In this document: piece after piece, positions 29,394 through 39,643 of the stretch
Position numbering within the stretch: the stretch's first letter is position 1
Layout of the letters: the number at the start of each line of letters is the position of its first letter
Assembly: GCA_037190965.1 (NCBI GenBank)
Contig: JBBCKI010000059.1
Span: forward strand, 1-57,694
From: Chthoniobacteraceae bacterium
GTDB taxonomy: Bacteria; Verrucomicrobiota; Verrucomicrobiia; Chthoniobacterales; Chthoniobacteraceae
Length of the DNA stretch: 57,694 bases
Direction: 5' to 3'
Notes under the pieces: generated by a model
Database searches by the model: none
What the model saw: the letters and a program-made list of their open reading frames with translations, nothing else
Told to the model about the DNA's origin: nothing
Translations under genes and position numbers: made by a program

Positions 29394-30281
29394 ATGGACT
29401 GGTTTCTTGAATTTCTGGACCTGCCGCAAATGCGGTATGCTTTTCTGGTCGCGCTGATCGCCGGGCCGTTGGGCGGGTTGCTCGGGTCGTTCATTACGCT
29501 ACGCGGCATGTCGTTTTTCTCCGACGCGATCTCTCACGGCGCGATGACCGGGGTGACGCTCGGGTTCGCTCTCAACCTCGCACGGGATGTCGGCGACCCC
29601 GCGATGCAACTCACGCTTGTAGTTTTTTGCGTGGGGATGGCGCTCTTCATGGCATGGGTGCTGGAGCGGACGACGCTTCATGCCGATACGGTGATCGCGT
29701 TTACCTACACCGGCAGCGTGGCGCTTGGCGTGGTCCTGATCTCGCGCCTTCGGGGTTACCGGGTGCTGGAAGGGGCGCTCTTTGGAGATATTCTGGCCTC
29801 CACGGCGATGGATGTCTGGATCATGGGGGGCCTTGCCGTTCTGACCGCGGGATTCCTGGCCTTCAACCTCAGGCCTTTGACGCTGGCGGTGGTGCAGGAG
29901 AACCTGGCGAAGATCGAGGGGTACAACACCCGCCGCCTCAACTACGCCTTCGTGGTGCTCATCGCGCTGGTGATCGCGCTGCTGCTCCGCCAGCTTGGCG
30001 CGTTGCTCATCAGCGGGTTGATCGTCGTTCCGGCGGCGGCGGCCCGAGTGGTCGCGGGCAACTTCCGGGGGATGCTGACGATCAGCGCCGTCTTCGGGTT
30101 GATCGGCGCGGCGGTGGGTATTTTCAGCTCCTACCATCTTGACTCCCCGACAGGGCCGACGATTGTGCTGGCCGATGTCGTGATCCTGACGCTCTGCCTC
30201 ATTGGTTCCTCGGTTGCCTCGATCCGGGCGGCGAGGTCGGCCCAACTTGCGAGGCAAGGGCGAACGGGCCTGATCGAATAA
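29394..30281 (+). CDS. Metal ABC transporter permease (ZnuB family)
   Basis: DAISHGAMTG, LFGDIL, PTGPTIV. Confidence 0.92.
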   Translation: MDWFLEFLDLPQMRYAFLVALIAGPLGGLLGSFITLRGMSFFSDAISHGAMTGVTLGFALNLARDVGDPAMQLTLVVFCVGMALFMAWVLERTTLHADTVIAFTYTGSVALGVVLISRLRGYRVLEGALFGDILASTAMDVWIMGGLAVLTAGFLAFNLRPLTLAVVQENLAKIEGYNTRRLNYAFVVLIALVIALLLRQLGALLISGLIVVPAAAARVVAGNFRGMLTISAVFGLIGAAVGIFSSYHLDSPTGPTIVLADVVILTLCLIGSSVASIRAARSAQLARQGRTGLIE

Positions 30282-30307
30282 CGGAGCCCATCTTTCCTCC
30301 CATTCCG

Positions 30308-31303
30308 ATGAACTGGTTCTCCTTTCACTTTGCGGATTTCTCGTTCTCCTTCCTGAGTATCCTGTTTGAAGGGGTGCCGTTTTTGCTGCTTGGGGCGTTG
30401 ATCGCGGGAATCGTGGATGTGTTCGTCCCGGCGCGATGGATCGCCCGGATGCTCCCCCAAAACCCGACGGCGGCGGTATTGTTGAGTGGCCTTCTGGGCG
30501 GGATTTTCCCGATGTGCGAGTGTGGGAGCGTGATCGTCATCCGACGGTTTCTGGCCAAAGGGTTGCCCGTCTCGTGCGCGATTTCCTATATGCTGGCCGC
30601 GCCGGTCGTGAGCCCGCTGGTGGCATTGAGCACTTTTGCGGCGTTTCAGGGGCAGGGCCCCTGGGTAATGACGTTCATGCGGCTTCTGCTCGGCTACGGG
30701 GTGGCGGTCGGGGCTGCATTGGTGGTGCAGCGGATGCGATTGGAGAACGTGCTCCAGCCAAAACTGATCGCTTCTCTCCCCAAGGCGGGGAAGACTGGGG
30801 AAAGAGAGCGCAGTGAAGACGCCGCTGAAACCAGGTTGGAGCGCGGCGGGCTAAAGATCGCGGCGCTTCCCGCCGCGGCTTGGAAGACGGAGGGCCTTAT
30901 TGCGAAGTTGCTGCGGGTTGTTCGTTCGGCAACGGCGGATTTCCTCGATGTGGCGCTCTTTTTCGTCATCGGCACAGCCCTGACGGCGATCTTCAACACG
31001 GCTGTCGATCAGTCGATTATCCTGCCGCTGGCCACCAACGGCCCCCTTGCGACGGTGTCAATGATGGGGCTGGCGGGCATTCTTGCGCTTTGTTCCAGCA
31101 CAGACGCCTTTATCGCGGCAAGCTTCGTGGCCTTTCCCTTCACGGCCAAGTTGGCGTTTCTGGTGTTTGGCCCCGTCTTCGACCTGAAGCTGTTTTTTCT
31201 CTATGGGGTGATCTTCCGGCGACGGTTTGTCGTGCTCCTGGCGGTTGGACTATTCATCGCGATTGCGCTAATCTGCATGCGGCTTGCCATTCTCGACGTC
31301 TGA
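30308..31303 (+). CDS. Permease, DUF318/YcgR-like
   Basis: FPMCECG, LCSSTDAFIA, FGPVFDLK. Confidence 0.88.
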   Translation: MNWFSFHFADFSFSFLSILFEGVPFLLLGALIAGIVDVFVPARWIARMLPQNPTAAVLLSGLLGGIFPMCECGSVIVIRRFLAKGLPVSCAISYMLAAPVVSPLVALSTFAAFQGQGPWVMTFMRLLLGYGVAVGAALVVQRMRLENVLQPKLIASLPKAGKTGERERSEDAAETRLERGGLKIAALPAAAWKTEGLIAKLLRVVRSATADFLDVALFFVIGTALTAIFNTAVDQSIILPLATNGPLATVSMMGLAGILALCSSTDAFIAASFVAFPFTAKLAFLVFGPVFDLKLFFLYGVIFRRRFVVLLAVGLFIAIALICMRLAILDV

Positions 31304-31319
31304 CACAGCCTTTCCTCCC

Positions 31320-32081
31320 ATGACCAGAACCCTCAACCGCTGGCTGCCCGCGCTGACGCTCGTCGTCTGGGGCTTCATTCTCCTCTATTTTTATGGCAGC
31401 GGACGGCTTGCGGCGTTTCTGCACCCGCTTTTTCGCCCGGGGGTCCTGATCGCCGGGGTGGGCTTGCTTTTGCTCGCCGCCGGTTCGGCGGTGGGGGGAG
31501 GGGAGGAATGCTGCGAGGAAGACGCCTGCGGCCACGGGATCAGCCGTTTGACCGTGGGCAAGATTTTGACCTTTGTGGTTCTGTTGCTCCCGGTCACTCT
31601 CGCCTTTTTTTCCACGCGCGACGGATTCAGTCTCAACGCCATTGAAAATCGGGGCGTGGTCATGGACGCGTCGGAGCTTGCCGGACGGTCCGGCGCGCTG
31701 GAGGTGCCCCAGGATGTCGATCACCTGACCATTTCCGTGATCGACCTTCTCTATGCCGCGCAGGACGAGCGGTTGCAGGAGGAGTTTTCAGGAAAGACCA
31801 TCGAGGTCGTGGGGCAGTTGATGGCCGAGAAAACCGCCAACCCTCGTGGCAACCGGATGCGTGTGGTGCGGATGTTCATGAACTGCTGCGCCGCCGACGC
31901 CAAGCCGGTCGGCGCGCTGATTGAGTTTCAGGCGCTCCCGGAGGCGCAGGTTCCGGAGCTTTCCTGGGTCCGCGTGGTGGGGAAACCGTCGTTCCCAATG
32001 GAAGGGGGGCGCAAAATTGCGGTGCTGAAGGTCGACTCCATCGACGTTACCGATCCCCCCGATGAATCGATGCTGTACTGA
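31320..32081 (+). CDS. TIGR03943/YcgQ-like membrane protein
   Basis: Three TM helices; RMFMNCCAADA motif; adjacent to the YcgR-like gene. Confidence 0.82.
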   Translation: MTRTLNRWLPALTLVVWGFILLYFYGSGRLAAFLHPLFRPGVLIAGVGLLLLAAGSAVGGGEECCEEDACGHGISRLTVGKILTFVVLLLPVTLAFFSTRDGFSLNAIENRGVVMDASELAGRSGALEVPQDVDHLTISVIDLLYAAQDERLQEEFSGKTIEVVGQLMAEKTANPRGNRMRVVRMFMNCCAADAKPVGALIEFQALPEAQVPELSWVRVVGKPSFPMEGGRKIAVLKVDSIDVTDPPDESMLY

Positions 32082-32334
32082 GGAAGGAAGCGTTCTCTTC
32101 TGCCTCGCTCATGACCACCACCTCTTCCTCGCCAACATAACGCACCAGCGCTACCTGGGTTTTTGTGGCCTTGGATGGGGGTGAGAAGACGCTCAGAGGA
32201 AGTAAGGAGGCGGCAGCCAGCAATGCAAAGAGCAACCGCCCGGGCATGACATTCAATATCCAGTTCACGCCGGCAAGGATGCCAAGACACGGATCCCCGC
32301 GGTATCGGGGCAACTCCCCGATTCTATCTTCCCC

Positions 32335-32493
32335 GGTGCGGAAGCACCGGTAGTCCGCTCGCGCCGTCGAGCGCGGGTATAGGCTCCATGGCTTTATGAG
32401 GGCCATATCCCAATACTAAAAGCCCGCCCTGCGGAGATGGGTGCCCAATGCGACTCTTCACTGATCCCGCGCTCTCGGCGAGAGCGGACTACC
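32335..32493 (+). repeat. REPIN-like element copy 3
   Basis: GGTGCGGAAGCACC, REP 32349-32377, inverted REP 32466-32493; spacer homologous to copy 1. Confidence 0.88.
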
Positions 32494-32518
32494 TTACCCG
32501 ATCACACGAGACGTTTCT

Positions 32519-32920
32519 TTAATGCGGCACGTTATCCGGATGGTTCGGTTTGCGCTGGTGGAGCGCCAGAGTGTTACCGTCAGGATCAGAGATCAACGCC
32601 AGCCGACAGATCGGATACTCTTGGATTCCCGCGACAATGCGAACCTGATGGGCCTTCAGATGAGCGACGGCCTTATCGAGATCTTCGACCTCCAGACAGG
32701 CTCCACCTCCATTGGCGTTAGGCTGCCATTGCTCGGATGCCCTTGCCAAAGCAAGGGTCTGACCGGCGAGATCATACTCCAGCCAATGAAGCTCCCCCTC
32801 ATGCTCTAAAACCAGTCCCTCTTGAAGCCCCAGGATTTCTCCGTAAAATTTTCTGGCTTTGGTGAAGTCGGTCACTGGGTAGCCGACAAATGCGAGTTCT
32901 TTAAGTCCGATGCCCTTCAT
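32519..32920 (-). CDS. VOC/glyoxalase family protein
   Basis: VTDFTKARKFYGEILGL, LEVEDLD, SDPDGNTL. Confidence 0.88.
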   Translation of the reverse strand: MKGIGLKELAFVGYPVTDFTKARKFYGEILGLQEGLVLEHEGELHWLEYDLAGQTLALARASEQWQPNANGGGACLEVEDLDKAVAHLKAHQVRIVAGIQEYPICRLALISDPDGNTLALHQRKPNHPDNVPH

Positions 32921-32996
32921 ATGCTTTATGGCAAAAGTACCGGAAACCTCGCGGTTTACCACCCGCGAGTGTGCGTAAGTGGCGGATTCTCAGAAA

Positions 32997-33071
<75 letters not shown>

Positions 33072-33174
33072 TTTTCTTTCTCTCGTTAGTCCCGCCGGGC
33101 TCACCCGGCGCGTTGGAGAGTGGGGAAGGTGAGGCAACCGGTCTGGAAACGCAAGTGGAAAAATGAAAGTTTTT

Positions 33175-34782
33175 TCAATTTGCCGTCAGGGCTGCCCGAT
33201 CGTCGGCTGCGCCTGACTTTTCCAGGAAATAATCGTAGCCGCCGGGGTAGGGGGAGACCTTCCCATCGGTGACGTGGAGCACCTTGGTGGCCAGCTTGCG
33301 GATGAAGTGAACGTCGTGCGAGATGAAGACGAGGGTTCCTTCGTAGTTCTCCAGCGCAAGGATCAGCGATTCGACGGTGTGGATGTCGAGGTGCGTGGTC
33401 GGTTCGTCCATCAGGAGGAGGTTGGGCGGGTCCACGAGGAACTTGATGAGATTCAACCGGCTCTTTTCGCCGCCGCTCAGAACCTCCGTTTTTTTGTAAA
33501 TCTCGTCTTTCCGGAAGAGGAAGGTGCCGAGGATGGCGCGGGCGTCGTCTTCGCGGATGTTGGGAGCGGCATCCATCACTTCCTCCAGCACGGTTTTCTT
33601 GGGGTCGAGGGAGTCGGCCCGGTGCTGGCTGAAATAGCCGATCTTGGCGTTGTGCCCCTCTTTACGCTGCCCCTTCTGAAACTCGACGACTCCGGCAAGG
33701 ATCTTTAGAAGGGTCGATTTCCCGGCGCCGTTCGGGCCCACCAGCACGGTCCGCTCGCCGCGTTCCACGGTCAGGTCGAGCCCCGTGTAGACGGTGTGGG
33801 TCCCGTAAGCCATGTCGATTCGTTCCAGCGTGATCGCCCGCTGTCCACCGCGTTGCGGCTGGGGAATCTGGAAACGGAACGGTTTACGGGGAGGGAGCGG
33901 CTTTTCGATCAACTCCATCCGCTCGATCTGCTTGAGCTTGCTCATCGCCTGCGAAGCCTTTGAAGCGACGGAACGGAACCGCTCGGCAAACTCCTGGAGC
34001 GCCTTGATCTCCTTCTGCTGGTTTTTGTAGGCGGCGATCTGCTGTTCGTAGTTCGCCTCCCGCAGCCGCAGGAAATCGGTGTAGTTGCCCTTGTAGGGAA
34101 GGAGCTTCTGATCGGAGATTTCGAAGACCTGCTCCACGATTTCGTCCATAAACTGGCGGTCGTGCGAGATCATCAGCACGGCTCCCGAGTACGTTTTGAG
34201 ATAGTCCTGCAGCCAGAGGAGGGAAAGGAGGTCGAGGTGATTGGTCGGCTCGTCGAGAAGCAACAGGTCGGGCTCCATCACCAGGAGACGCGCGAGGTGC
34301 GCCCGCATCACCCAGCCGCCGCTCATCTCGCGGGCCGGACGGAGAAAATCGGTTTCCCGGTAGCCGAGGCCGCGCAGCATCTTCTTGGCTTTCGCGTCGG
34401 CCTGCGGATTGCTGAGGGCATCGTACTTGGCATGGGCCTCCATGTATTCCGCACCGTCCACCTTGCCGGCTGCTTCCAGCTCCTTGAGTTGCTTTTCCAG
34501 GGCCGGCAATTCGCCCGCGCGCCCCGTGGCGATGTCGAGCACCGTTTCGCTGCCGACCGCTTCCGCTTCCTGAGGGAGATAACCGACCATGGTCCACTCA
34601 TCGCGCTCCACGGCACCGGAGTCGGGTTCATCCTTTTTCAGGATGATGGAGAAGAGAGTCGATTTCCCGGCCCCATTGGGGCCAACAAGGGCGACGCGCT
34701 CTCCGTAGTTTACCTGCATTGAGGCGTTTTCGAAGAGGGTGCGGCCACCGTGGCTTTTTTTGAGTTCGCGAATCGTAAGCAT
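33175..34782 (-). CDS. ABC-F family ATP-binding protein
   Basis: Two ABC domains (GPNGAGKST twice, MSGGW/LSGGE, DEPTNHLD/DEPTTHLD); no TM segments. Confidence 0.93.
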   Translation of the reverse strand: MLTIRELKKSHGGRTLFENASMQVNYGERVALVGPNGAGKSTLFSIILKKDEPDSGAVERDEWTMVGYLPQEAEAVGSETVLDIATGRAGELPALEKQLKELEAAGKVDGAEYMEAHAKYDALSNPQADAKAKKMLRGLGYRETDFLRPAREMSGGWVMRAHLARLLVMEPDLLLLDEPTNHLDLLSLLWLQDYLKTYSGAVLMISHDRQFMDEIVEQVFEISDQKLLPYKGNYTDFLRLREANYEQQIAAYKNQQKEIKALQEFAERFRSVASKASQAMSKLKQIERMELIEKPLPPRKPFRFQIPQPQRGGQRAITLERIDMAYGTHTVYTGLDLTVERGERTVLVGPNGAGKSTLLKILAGVVEFQKGQRKEGHNAKIGYFSQHRADSLDPKKTVLEEVMDAAPNIREDDARAILGTFLFRKDEIYKKTEVLSGGEKSRLNLIKFLVDPPNLLLMDEPTTHLDIHTVESLILALENYEGTLVFISHDVHFIRKLATKVLHVTDGKVSPYPGGYDYFLEKSGAADDRAALTAN

Positions 34783-34923
34783 GACAAAAATACGGGGGGA
34801 TAGGAATTAAACGCACTTTTCAGAAAAGGCGAGGGAATCACGCGACGATTTCCGAGGAGAGGCGCGGGAGGAGAAGCAATTTCCCGATTGGCATCGGTGT
34901 TTCCATGGTGCATTGGTAAGGAA

Positions 34924-35436
34924 ATGCCCTTTCGCACCCCTCTTGTTCTGGCATTTCTGGCCAGTGTTCTGTTTTCTGGCTGCGCCGAAAATCAGGCGTA
35001 TTATCGGTACCGTTACGTTCCGGGAAAAACCGCCATCGCCCGCTGGGACGGCCTGGCTGTCGCGCCTCCTTCGGCCCCGCCGGCTGTGCATGCGATGATT
35101 GCCGCCGGGAATAAAATTAACGGGCTTCCTTATCGGCGCGGTGGAGGGCATGGCGGCGGCTTGGATACGGCCTACGATTGCTCGGGTGCCGTGTCCTATC
35201 TGTTGCAGGCGGCAGGGAGGTTGAAGTCCCCGATGGCTTCGAAATCGTTCCGCAGCTATGGAGCGCCGGGGGCAGGGGAGTGGGTCAGCGTTTATGCCCG
35301 GGAAGACCACGTCTTTCTGGTCGTTGCCGGATTGAGATTCGATACCGGGTGGACCAATGCGCCCGAGGGCCCGAGGTGGACCGAGATGGACCGACCGCTT
35401 AAAAGTGCGGTGGTGCGGCATCCTGCCGGGCTTTGA
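34924..35436 (+). CDS. Lipoprotein with NlpC/P60-like domain
   Basis: Lipobox LFSGC; PYRRGGGH...YDCSGAVS...HVF. Confidence 0.75.
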   Translation: MPFRTPLVLAFLASVLFSGCAENQAYYRYRYVPGKTAIARWDGLAVAPPSAPPAVHAMIAAGNKINGLPYRRGGGHGGGLDTAYDCSGAVSYLLQAAGRLKSPMASKSFRSYGAPGAGEWVSVYAREDHVFLVVAGLRFDTGWTNAPEGPRWTEMDRPLKSAVVRHPAGL

Positions 35437-35529
35437 TGCATCAACTTATTTTTCGTAAAAATCCACGTAAGTAATTGTGTGTTAGTTAATTAGGTTTGTT
35501 TTTACTTTTCATCGAAATCTAATTGGCGA

Positions 35530-35689
35530 GGTTGACCGCTCGCGCCGTCGAGCGCGGGATCGATGAAGTGTCGCGTTTGGCACCCACCCCCGCAGGACGG
35601 GTTACTGGGGACCGGGATGTGGCCTCATGGCGCCACGGGAGCCGACATCCGCGCTCGACGGCGCGAGCGTACTGCGGTGCTTCCGCACC
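35530..35689 (-). repeat. REPIN-like element copy 4 (GTAG ends degenerate)
   Basis: Colinear with copy 1 across both arms and the spacer; ends in GGTGCTTCCGCACC. Confidence 0.85.
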
Positions 35690-35796
35690 GGCTAGCTTCT
35701 GATGACCTAAATAAACAAAGACTTCAGCCGAGAAGCCAGAGGTCTTGCCATGCCTTTCCGCTCGCAATTGAAGCCTTACGGAGGCATCGTAACCAT

Positions 35797-37446
35797 ATGG
35801 AAAGGGAGAGGCCACCGCTGGATGTGCTGGTGGTTGGTGCCGGGCCTGTCGGGTTGACTGCGGCTTGCGAACTCGCAAGGCGCGGCGTAACGGTTCGGAT
35901 CATCGACAAAGCCCCAGCCATTCCGGCGACCTCCCGGGCGCTCGCGATCTTCCCGCGCACCCTGGAGGTTTTTACCTTCATGGGGATGGCCTCTCGAATC
36001 ATCGAAGCGGGGCGTCGATTGGAAGGGATATCGATTTCCAATGAACGAGGGCCGCTGGCCCAACTCGATCTGGGCGGACTCTCGACTCCTTACCCTTTTG
36101 CGCTCAGCCTTGCGCAAAGCGAAACGGAGCGCCTTCTCGCCGCGCATTTGACCGATCTGGGCGTTGAAGTGCAGCGCGGGGTGGAACTGGTCGGGTTCGC
36201 GCAGGACGAAAACGGAGTGCGCGCGATCCTGCGGAATGCCGGGGGCGCTCCCAACACGGAGAAGAGCGTCAGGGCTTCCTGGCTGCTCGGCTGCGATGGT
36301 GCGCACAGCACGGTGCGGCATATCCTGGGGGCGGCGTTCGAGGGGGCACAGTACCGCGAAGCCTTTGTGCTTGCCGACGTCAAACTGACGGGGGCGCTTT
36401 CGCTCGATTTGGCGCACCTTTTCTTTTCGAAGGATGGCTTCCTGGGCATTGTGCCTTTTGGCACCGGGGAGGCCCGCATTATCGTGAATCTTCCAGTTCT
36501 CCCTCCGGAAAAATCCGGCCCCGAGCCGACGCTCGCCGATTTTCAGGCTTTCGTCCGGCAGCGCGGCGCTCATCAGGCGCGGCTAAGCGATGCCACCTGG
36601 ATTTCGCGTTTCAATATCGCCTATCGAAAGGTGAAGCAATTTCAGCATGGGCGCGTGTTCCTGGCAGGCGACGCCGCGCATATTCACAGCCCGGCGGGCG
36701 GGCAGGGGATGAATACCGGGATTCAGGACGCCTACAATCTTGCCTGGAAACTCGCCCTCGTCATGCACGGGCAATCCCCCGCAGGGTTGCTGGAAAGCTA
36801 CGGTGCCGAGCGCGAACCGGTCGCCCGGGGCGTCTTGCATTTCACAGACCGCCTGACCCGCATGGCAACGGCGCGGAGTGTGCTGGGGCGGCAGCTCCGC
36901 GATTTTGCGCTGCCGTGGCTTTTTCGATTAAAAGGGGTGACCGATCGCGCCGCCCGCCGGATTGCCGAGTTGGATATTCATTACCCGGATAGCAGCCTGA
37001 GCGAGGATTATAGCGGAGAGCCGCTTCGCGCGGGTGACCGCGCCCCGGACGCCATGTTGATCGATCAAGGCAGCGGCAAGCCGGTGCAACTCTTCGAGCT
37101 GTTTCGGGATTCTCGCCATGTGTTGCTGGCCTTCGAGGGACTGCATTCCCGGCCTGAATCACGCGGGGAAATCGAGGGACTTCTTCGCGAGCTTGAAACG
37201 CCGTATTCGGAAGTCATCGCAATCCATCCCGTTGTTCGTGGTTTTGCCTTCCGTGATGCCGCCACCCTCATTGATCGCAGCGGAGCGGTGCATCTGCTTT
37301 ACGATACCGACGCCGGGGGAGTCGTCCTTGTGCGTCCGGATGGCTATATCGGCTTTCGAAGCGATTGGGCGCGCGCGGGGAAGTTGCGGAGCTATCTAAG
37401 CAGGCTGTTTGTCGAGCCGCCCAGGATGTCTTCAGCATCGGCATAG
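35797..37446 (+). CDS. FAD-dependent monooxygenase (PheA/TfdB/UbiH-like)
   Basis: VVGAGPVG, GCDGAHSTVR, LAGDAAHIHSPAGGQGMNTGIQDA, LVRPDGYI; start set at MERER. Confidence 0.92.
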   Translation: MERERPPLDVLVVGAGPVGLTAACELARRGVTVRIIDKAPAIPATSRALAIFPRTLEVFTFMGMASRIIEAGRRLEGISISNERGPLAQLDLGGLSTPYPFALSLAQSETERLLAAHLTDLGVEVQRGVELVGFAQDENGVRAILRNAGGAPNTEKSVRASWLLGCDGAHSTVRHILGAAFEGAQYREAFVLADVKLTGALSLDLAHLFFSKDGFLGIVPFGTGEARIIVNLPVLPPEKSGPEPTLADFQAFVRQRGAHQARLSDATWISRFNIAYRKVKQFQHGRVFLAGDAAHIHSPAGGQGMNTGIQDAYNLAWKLALVMHGQSPAGLLESYGAEREPVARGVLHFTDRLTRMATARSVLGRQLRDFALPWLFRLKGVTDRAARRIAELDIHYPDSSLSEDYSGEPLRAGDRAPDAMLIDQGSGKPVQLFELFRDSRHVLLAFEGLHSRPESRGEIEGLLRELETPYSEVIAIHPVVRGFAFRDAATLIDRSGAVHLLYDTDAGGVVLVRPDGYIGFRSDWARAGKLRSYLSRLFVEPPRMSSASA

Positions 37447-37497
37447 TCTTCGTTCGAGGAGCGCTCTTATCGAATTCAAAAAATCTTGGGTTTACCA

Positions 37498-37524
37498 TTG
37501 ACATCTTTATTCATTCGTATGAAT
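37498..37524 (+). promoter_or_regulatory. -35 box and LacI-type operator upstream of the LacI-family gene
   Basis: TTGACA at 37498-37503; CG-centred palindrome ATTCATTCGTATGAAT at 37509-37524. Confidence 0.65.
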
Positions 37525-37538
37525 ATCGCTTCATTCCA

Positions 37539-38699
37539 ATGAGCCACCCCCGGCAAAATTCATTCGGCCCGACCCAGAAAGACATTGGCGAAGCCTTGAC
37601 GCTCTCGCAATCGACGGTCGCGCTGGCGTTGAATCCCAAGCATCAGCACAAGCTGCCACCGGAGACCGTTGCCTTGATCCAGGCAAAGGCTCAGGAACTG
37701 GGTTATCGTCCGCAACGCATGGCCCGAATTTTGCGGAACGGGCGCAGCCATACCATTGGGGCCGTCTATCGTTCCGGCGTTTATCACGCTCCGCAGGAGC
37801 GGGTAAAATTTCTTGCCCAAAGCGCCATCAAAGCCGGGTATCAACTGGTCGCGCTGGATCTGGATTGGTTTGGTACGGACCAACGCGCCGCGCAAGATTA
37901 CCTTTTGGGAGCCGCGGTGGAAGGGATTGTTCTCTGCAATATCCACCAGGGCTTTCATTCCAGTTGGTTGGAGTTTTTCCAGGAACGTTCGCTGCCATTC
38001 GTATCCCTCGGCAGTTCCAATCCGGGTTTGGAAGACAGCATGCAGGCCGACATAAGGGGAGCGCTCCGGCACTTGACCGAGCACCACCTCAGCATGGGCA
38101 GCCAACACCTCGTCCTGCTGTTGCCGTTTCATAATGCAGGCTATAAAGGGCCATTGGGGGAAACGGTAACGCAGCGCCTGGAAGGCTTTACGGAGGCTAT
38201 TCGCGCTGCGGGTGGCGAGGTTTTCACCGACAGTTCCCGCCGGAAAATCGACGGAATTCCCGCGCGTCCTTCCAAAGCCAGGCGTCCGGCCATTACAGGT
38301 GAAATTGTTTACCCTGAGAAGACCGACGAGTTTGAGAACGCCTTTGAGCTTGGGCACTTCCAGGCCGGGGTCATCATCCGATCCAATCTGCCGGCCGATT
38401 CTTTGATCTGTTCCAACGATCAGGTGGCCGCAGGCGCTCTCGCCGCCTGTCTTGAGCAGGGGATTGCCGTTCCGAAGACGATGCGTATCTCCGGGCTCGA
38501 TGATGCTCCATTTTCACGTTTTTGCGGAGTTCCGTTGACGACCGCCCAGCAACCGTCGCTGGCAATGGCGCAATGGAGCATCGAGCGAATTGTCCAACTG
38601 ATTGAAGATCCAGCCGAAAGGCGCAAGCCACAAACCCGGATCCTTCCCTGCAAAATTCTGCTGCGGCAATCAACCTGCGGCAGTTCTTTGGCGGGATGA
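37539..38699 (+). CDS. LacI-family transcriptional regulator
   Basis: TQKDIGEALTLSQSTVALAL HTH, AQELGYRP, CSNDQVAAG, ISGLDD, PLTT. Confidence 0.92.
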   Translation: MSHPRQNSFGPTQKDIGEALTLSQSTVALALNPKHQHKLPPETVALIQAKAQELGYRPQRMARILRNGRSHTIGAVYRSGVYHAPQERVKFLAQSAIKAGYQLVALDLDWFGTDQRAAQDYLLGAAVEGIVLCNIHQGFHSSWLEFFQERSLPFVSLGSSNPGLEDSMQADIRGALRHLTEHHLSMGSQHLVLLLPFHNAGYKGPLGETVTQRLEGFTEAIRAAGGEVFTDSSRRKIDGIPARPSKARRPAITGEIVYPEKTDEFENAFELGHFQAGVIIRSNLPADSLICSNDQVAAGALAACLEQGIAVPKTMRISGLDDAPFSRFCGVPLTTAQQPSLAMAQWSIERIVQLIEDPAERRKPQTRILPCKILLRQSTCGSSLAG

Positions 38700-38849
38700 A
38701 AAACCCGAGTTGACGCTGATCAAAGCCGCGTGGAGATATCCACGCAAGTTCCCTGCCGTGATGTCAAAGCAAGCGGCAGAAGATCGCTCCCGGCTGGCCT
38801 GCCTGCGGCGATTCCATCACCGATTTCACAACTTACTTTCCGCACAGCC

Positions 38850-39608
38850 ATGCCTTTCAAACCAAACCGGGATCGGACAGGAAGCGACGCGTTTACTCTT
38901 GTTGAGTTATTGATCGCAATCGCAATCGTAGCGGCTTTGGCGGCGCTCCTGTTTGGGGCTTCGAAATCGGCGCAAGCCTCTGCTCAGAACGGCAAGTGCC
39001 TGAACAATCTGCGCGCCTCCGGCCAGGCGATGATCCTCTATTTCACGGAGCGGAACGGCAATCTTTTCGCGAACAGGAACTGGTATCAATACCCAAGCTG
39101 GAAAAGCGGCGTCAACAACGGGATGCGGGAGTATTTTGGCATTCAATCGAATAATAACGATATTTCAGATCCCGAGTTCCTTCATGACTCCGTGCTGACA
39201 TGCCCCGCGATGAAGAGCAAGTATCCCACCCTTTATCCGCAGGCTCTCAACCGCGGAGTTGCCATCAATTATTATCTCAATCAGAAAGATCCTTCGTCGT
39301 CTTATGATAGCGGCCCCTCTGCAAACCGACCGCTTCTGGCGGGGAGCCCGCAGCGGATATCAGGCGTGCCCAAGCTTTCTGCCATGTGGATTCTGACCGA
39401 CGCGGCCGTCAACGGCGGTGTGCTTGGTTCCATCAATGAGAATACGGCAGAGCATTCCAAAGACTTCCTCTCTGCTCCCCACAATGGACGCCAGAATGTT
39501 CTTTTCTTCGACGGACACACTGAATCTCTGACCAAGGAGCAATTTAGGAACCCAAAAAACAAACGAGAATTTTGGGGCAATCTCACTCTTCCGGAAACGC
39601 CGCAATAG
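38850..39608 (+). CDS. Prepilin-type N-terminal cleavage/methylation protein with H-X9-DG motif
   Basis: AFTLVELLIAIAIVAALAALL, CLNNLR, HNGRQNVLFFDGH. Confidence 0.9.
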   Translation: MPFKPNRDRTGSDAFTLVELLIAIAIVAALAALLFGASKSAQASAQNGKCLNNLRASGQAMILYFTERNGNLFANRNWYQYPSWKSGVNNGMREYFGIQSNNNDISDPEFLHDSVLTCPAMKSKYPTLYPQALNRGVAINYYLNQKDPSSSYDSGPSANRPLLAGSPQRISGVPKLSAMWILTDAAVNGGVLGSINENTAEHSKDFLSAPHNGRQNVLFFDGHTESLTKEQFRNPKNKREFWGNLTLPETPQ

Positions 39609-39643
39609 TAAACGCGGGAAATAGAAAAAACCAACCCTCCCTC

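Noticed and set aside
32047..32247. Possible 66-aa secreted peptide (MPGRLLFALLAAASLL...)
   Set aside because: Signal-like start, but very short, overlaps the convergent gene and has no other support
35563..35796. N-terminal extension of the monooxygenase ORF, and similar extensions of queG, the LacI gene, nagA and the autotransporters
   Set aside because: They read through repeats or promoter DNA; downstream ATGs match domain or signal-peptide starts
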